Notes under the pieces: model-generated | Seen by the model: the letters and a program-made list of their open reading frames with translations, nothing else | Database searches by the model: none | Told to the model about the DNA's origin: nothing | Position numbers and translations under genes: made by a program | Shown here: positions 62,244-64,000 of the stretch, piece after piece | How the letters are laid out: each line of letters begins with the position of its first letter | Numbering within the stretch: position 1 is the stretch's first letter | Assembly: GCA_002171615.1 (NCBI GenBank) | Contig: NHEF01000014.1 | Coordinates: 16,974-80,973, forward strand | DNA: 64,000 bases | Source: Gammaproteobacteria bacterium TMED78 | GTDB lineage: Bacteria; Pseudomonadota; Gammaproteobacteria; Steroidobacterales; Rariloculaceae | Direction of reading: 5' to 3'

Positions 62244-63038
62244 ATGAAACAGTATTTAAACCTTCTAAAAGAAGTTAAAGAAAAAGGCTCTGAAAAATCT
62301 GATCGAACTGGTACCGGTACTTTAAGTACTTTTGGGCACCAATTACGATGTGATCTTGGAGCTGGATTCCCCTTGCTAACGACTAAAAAAATACACTTTA
62401 AGTCAATAGTTTATGAGTTATTATGGTTTTTGAGTGGCGATACTAATATCAATTTTTTGAAGGAAAATAAAGTAAAAATTTGGGATGAATGGGCAGATGA
62501 AAAGGGAGATCTAGGGCCAGTTTATGGAGCACAATGGCGGTCTTGGCCAACTCCAGATGGCAAAAGCATAGATCAAGTTAAAAATGCTTTAGATCTGATA
62601 AATAATAATCCTGACTCGAGACGTATTATTATTAGTGCTTGGAATGTTGGAGATTTAAGCAAGATGGCGCTTGCACCATGTCATGCACTGTTCCAATTTT
62701 ATGTTTCAGATAGAAGGCTTTCGTGTCAGTTATATCAGCGAAGTGCTGATGTTTTCTTAGGCGTTCCTTTTAATATCGCTTCTTACTCATTACTTTTAAT
62801 AATGTTTGCTCAACAATTAGATCTAGAGCCCGGTGATATGGTATGGACTGGCGGCGATTGTCATATTTATAAAAACCATCTTAAACAGGTTGATCTGCAA
62901 CTTTCTAGAGATACACTTCCTTTACCAATCTTAAAAATAAATCGTAAACCAAACTCTATCTTTGATTATAGGTATGAAGATTTTGAACTTAAAGATTATC
63001 AAGCTCATGACCATATTCCTGGGAAGGTTTCTATTTAA
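62244..63038 (+). CDS. thyA: Thymidylate synthase (ThyA type)
   Basis: 264 aa. [11 protein letters not shown] ... DRTGTGT ... active-site ALAPCH ... [17 protein letters not shown]. lgt-thyA pair as in E. coli. Confidence 0.98.
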   Translation: MKQYLNLLKEVKEKGSEKSDRTGTGTLSTFGHQLRCDLGAGFPLLTTKKIHFKSIVYELLWFLSGDTNINFLKENKVKIWDEWADEKGDLGPVYGAQWRSWPTPDGKSIDQVKNALDLINNNPDSRRIIISAWNVGDLSKMALAPCHALFQFYVSDRRLSCQLYQRSADVFLGVPFNIASYSLLLIMFAQQLDLEPGDMVWTGGDCHIYKNHLKQVDLQLSRDTLPLPILKINRKPNSIFDYRYEDFELKDYQAHDHIPGKVSI

Positions 63039-63052
63039 AGCAATAAAGAGTT

Positions 63053-63871
63053 TTATTTCAAGCCATTGCATTTTATTTTTATTGGGTTGCCTTTTGGATG
63101 GACTGGTAAAGCAGTTAAGTATCTTCCCCAAACGCAACCAGTATCAATGGAGCTTATATTTTTTTGGTTAACTAGGCCTAAAGAAGACCAGTGACCAAAA
63201 ATGATATGAGTATCTTTAGATGGTCTATTTGGAAAATTAAACCAAGGGATCAGAGTGTCCGGTTGCATCCCCGGGGGGCATTTGTAGTCAAAGCTAAGAC
63301 TACCGTTATTGTTACAAAATCTCATCCTTGTTAATGCATTAATAATATATCTATTTTTTTGGTTTTGATCTAATTTATCTGACCAGCTTATTGGTTCATT
63401 TCCAAATAAATTTTTCAGAATTTCTTTCCAGGTAGATCCTTTTAAACCATTACAGACTAGTTCTGCTTCAAGAAAAGCTTTGTTTATAGTCCATTTAGGT
63501 GGGATGCCAGCATGTACAAGAACTTTATTAAGCTGCTTATCCCAGTGGATTAGGGGGAGACCTCTTAACCAATTAGTAATAAGCTCCCTATCTGGTGATT
63601 GAATAATATTGTCAAAAGAGTCTTTGGTATTTAGTTTTGTTATTTCTGCTAGAACTGATAATAAGTAAAGATCGTGATTTCCTAGTACCGCCTTAACATT
63701 ATCCTTTAAGCTAATAATTTTTTTTATAACCTTTAGTGAATTTTTTCCCCTATTTACTAGATCACCAACTAACCATAACTGGTCATGATTTAGATCAAAA
63801 TTAATTTTTTCTAAAATATCATCAAATGGTTTCGAGCAACCATGTATATCTCCAATAGCATATATTGTCAT
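63053..63871 (-). CDS. apaH: Bis(5'-nucleosyl)-tetraphosphatase (symmetrical)
   Basis: 272 aa. Metallophosphatase motifs IGDIHGC, GDLVNRG, GNHD. Collinear with E. coli ApaH. Confidence 0.93.
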   Translation of the reverse strand: MTIYAIGDIHGCSKPFDDILEKINFDLNHDQLWLVGDLVNRGKNSLKVIKKIISLKDNVKAVLGNHDLYLLSVLAEITKLNTKDSFDNIIQSPDRELITNWLRGLPLIHWDKQLNKVLVHAGIPPKWTINKAFLEAELVCNGLKGSTWKEILKNLFGNEPISWSDKLDQNQKNRYIINALTRMRFCNNNGSLSFDYKCPPGMQPDTLIPWFNFPNRPSKDTHIIFGHWSSLGLVNQKNISSIDTGCVWGRYLTALPVHPKGNPIKIKCNGLK

Positions 63872-63911
63872 GATTTAATTTAACTCCAAGGCTTATAACT
63901 TTATATTTTTT

Positions 63912-64000
63912 TCATTTATTTAGCTCATATAAATAGTTTGATAGTTTTACAAAAGAGCTTACTTCTAAATTCTCAGGCCTCAGCTTAGGATCAATGTCAA
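63912..64000 (-). CDS. rsmA: 16S rRNA (adenine1518/1519-N6)-dimethyltransferase, 3' end only (truncated by the window edge)
   Basis: My minus-strand translation gives ...IDPKLRPENLEVSSFVKLSNYLYELNK, with the stop at 63912-63914. This resembles the KsgA/RsmA C-terminus (GIDP..R.E.L....F..L.N.L), and rsmA precedes apaH in enterobacteria. Only 29 codons are visible. Confidence 0.65.
   Translation of the reverse strand, partial: DIDPKLRPENLEVSSFVKLSNYLYELNK

Overview
By inspection this is an AT-rich, very tightly packed core-genome segment of a gammaproteobacterium. The taxon is inferred from E. coli/Pseudomonas-like synteny, not from a search. I see no rRNA, tRNA, CRISPR array, transposase, integrase, phage or recognisable defence genes, and no convincing novel multi-gene system. 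Almost every gene is housekeeping.

Gene content, left to right:
- 3' part of rpoC, then rpsL-rpsG-fusA (no tuf) joined directly to the S10-spc-alpha ribosomal protein cluster, rpsJ to rplQ. This includes secY and an rpmJ that the ORF track missed.
- A signal-peptide-less GGT-family gene, trpS, then uvrA and ssb (divergent).
- miaB-ybeZ-ybeY-corC-lnt, leuS (opposite strand), lptE, hisI, cysS, yidD, a Trm112-like gene.
- holA-nadD-rsfS-rlmH, a 1171-aa YhdP/AsmA-like protein, purE, purC, djlA, coq7, rplM-rpsI, rpiA.
- A 75-aa Lys/Ala-repeat histone-H1-like protein.
- The conserved block 5-formyl-THF cyclo-ligase / 6S RNA / zapA / coiled-coil gene, diverging from ygfB-pepP-ubiH-ubiI.
- A tandem glycine riboswitch, gcvT-gcvH-gcvP, a 930-aa secreted Nma111/DEG7-like double HtrA protease, lgt-thyA, apaH, and the 3' end of rsmA.

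Observations worth a second look, all of modest interest:
- An organised 213-nt spacer between rpsJ and rplC that looks like a displaced promoter/attenuator leader.
- Seven convergent gene junctions with 16 nt or less between stops, or overlapping, including a 40-nt lnt/leuS coding overlap.
- The repeat-encoded Lys/Ala-rich protein, with a phased-A-tract region upstream of it.
- The bacterial Nma111-like protease embedded in a possibly riboswitch-led gcv-lgt-thyA unit.
- A 57-bp tandem duplication in the rpoC tail.
- The 6S RNA, which argues for a shorter start for the downstream ORF.
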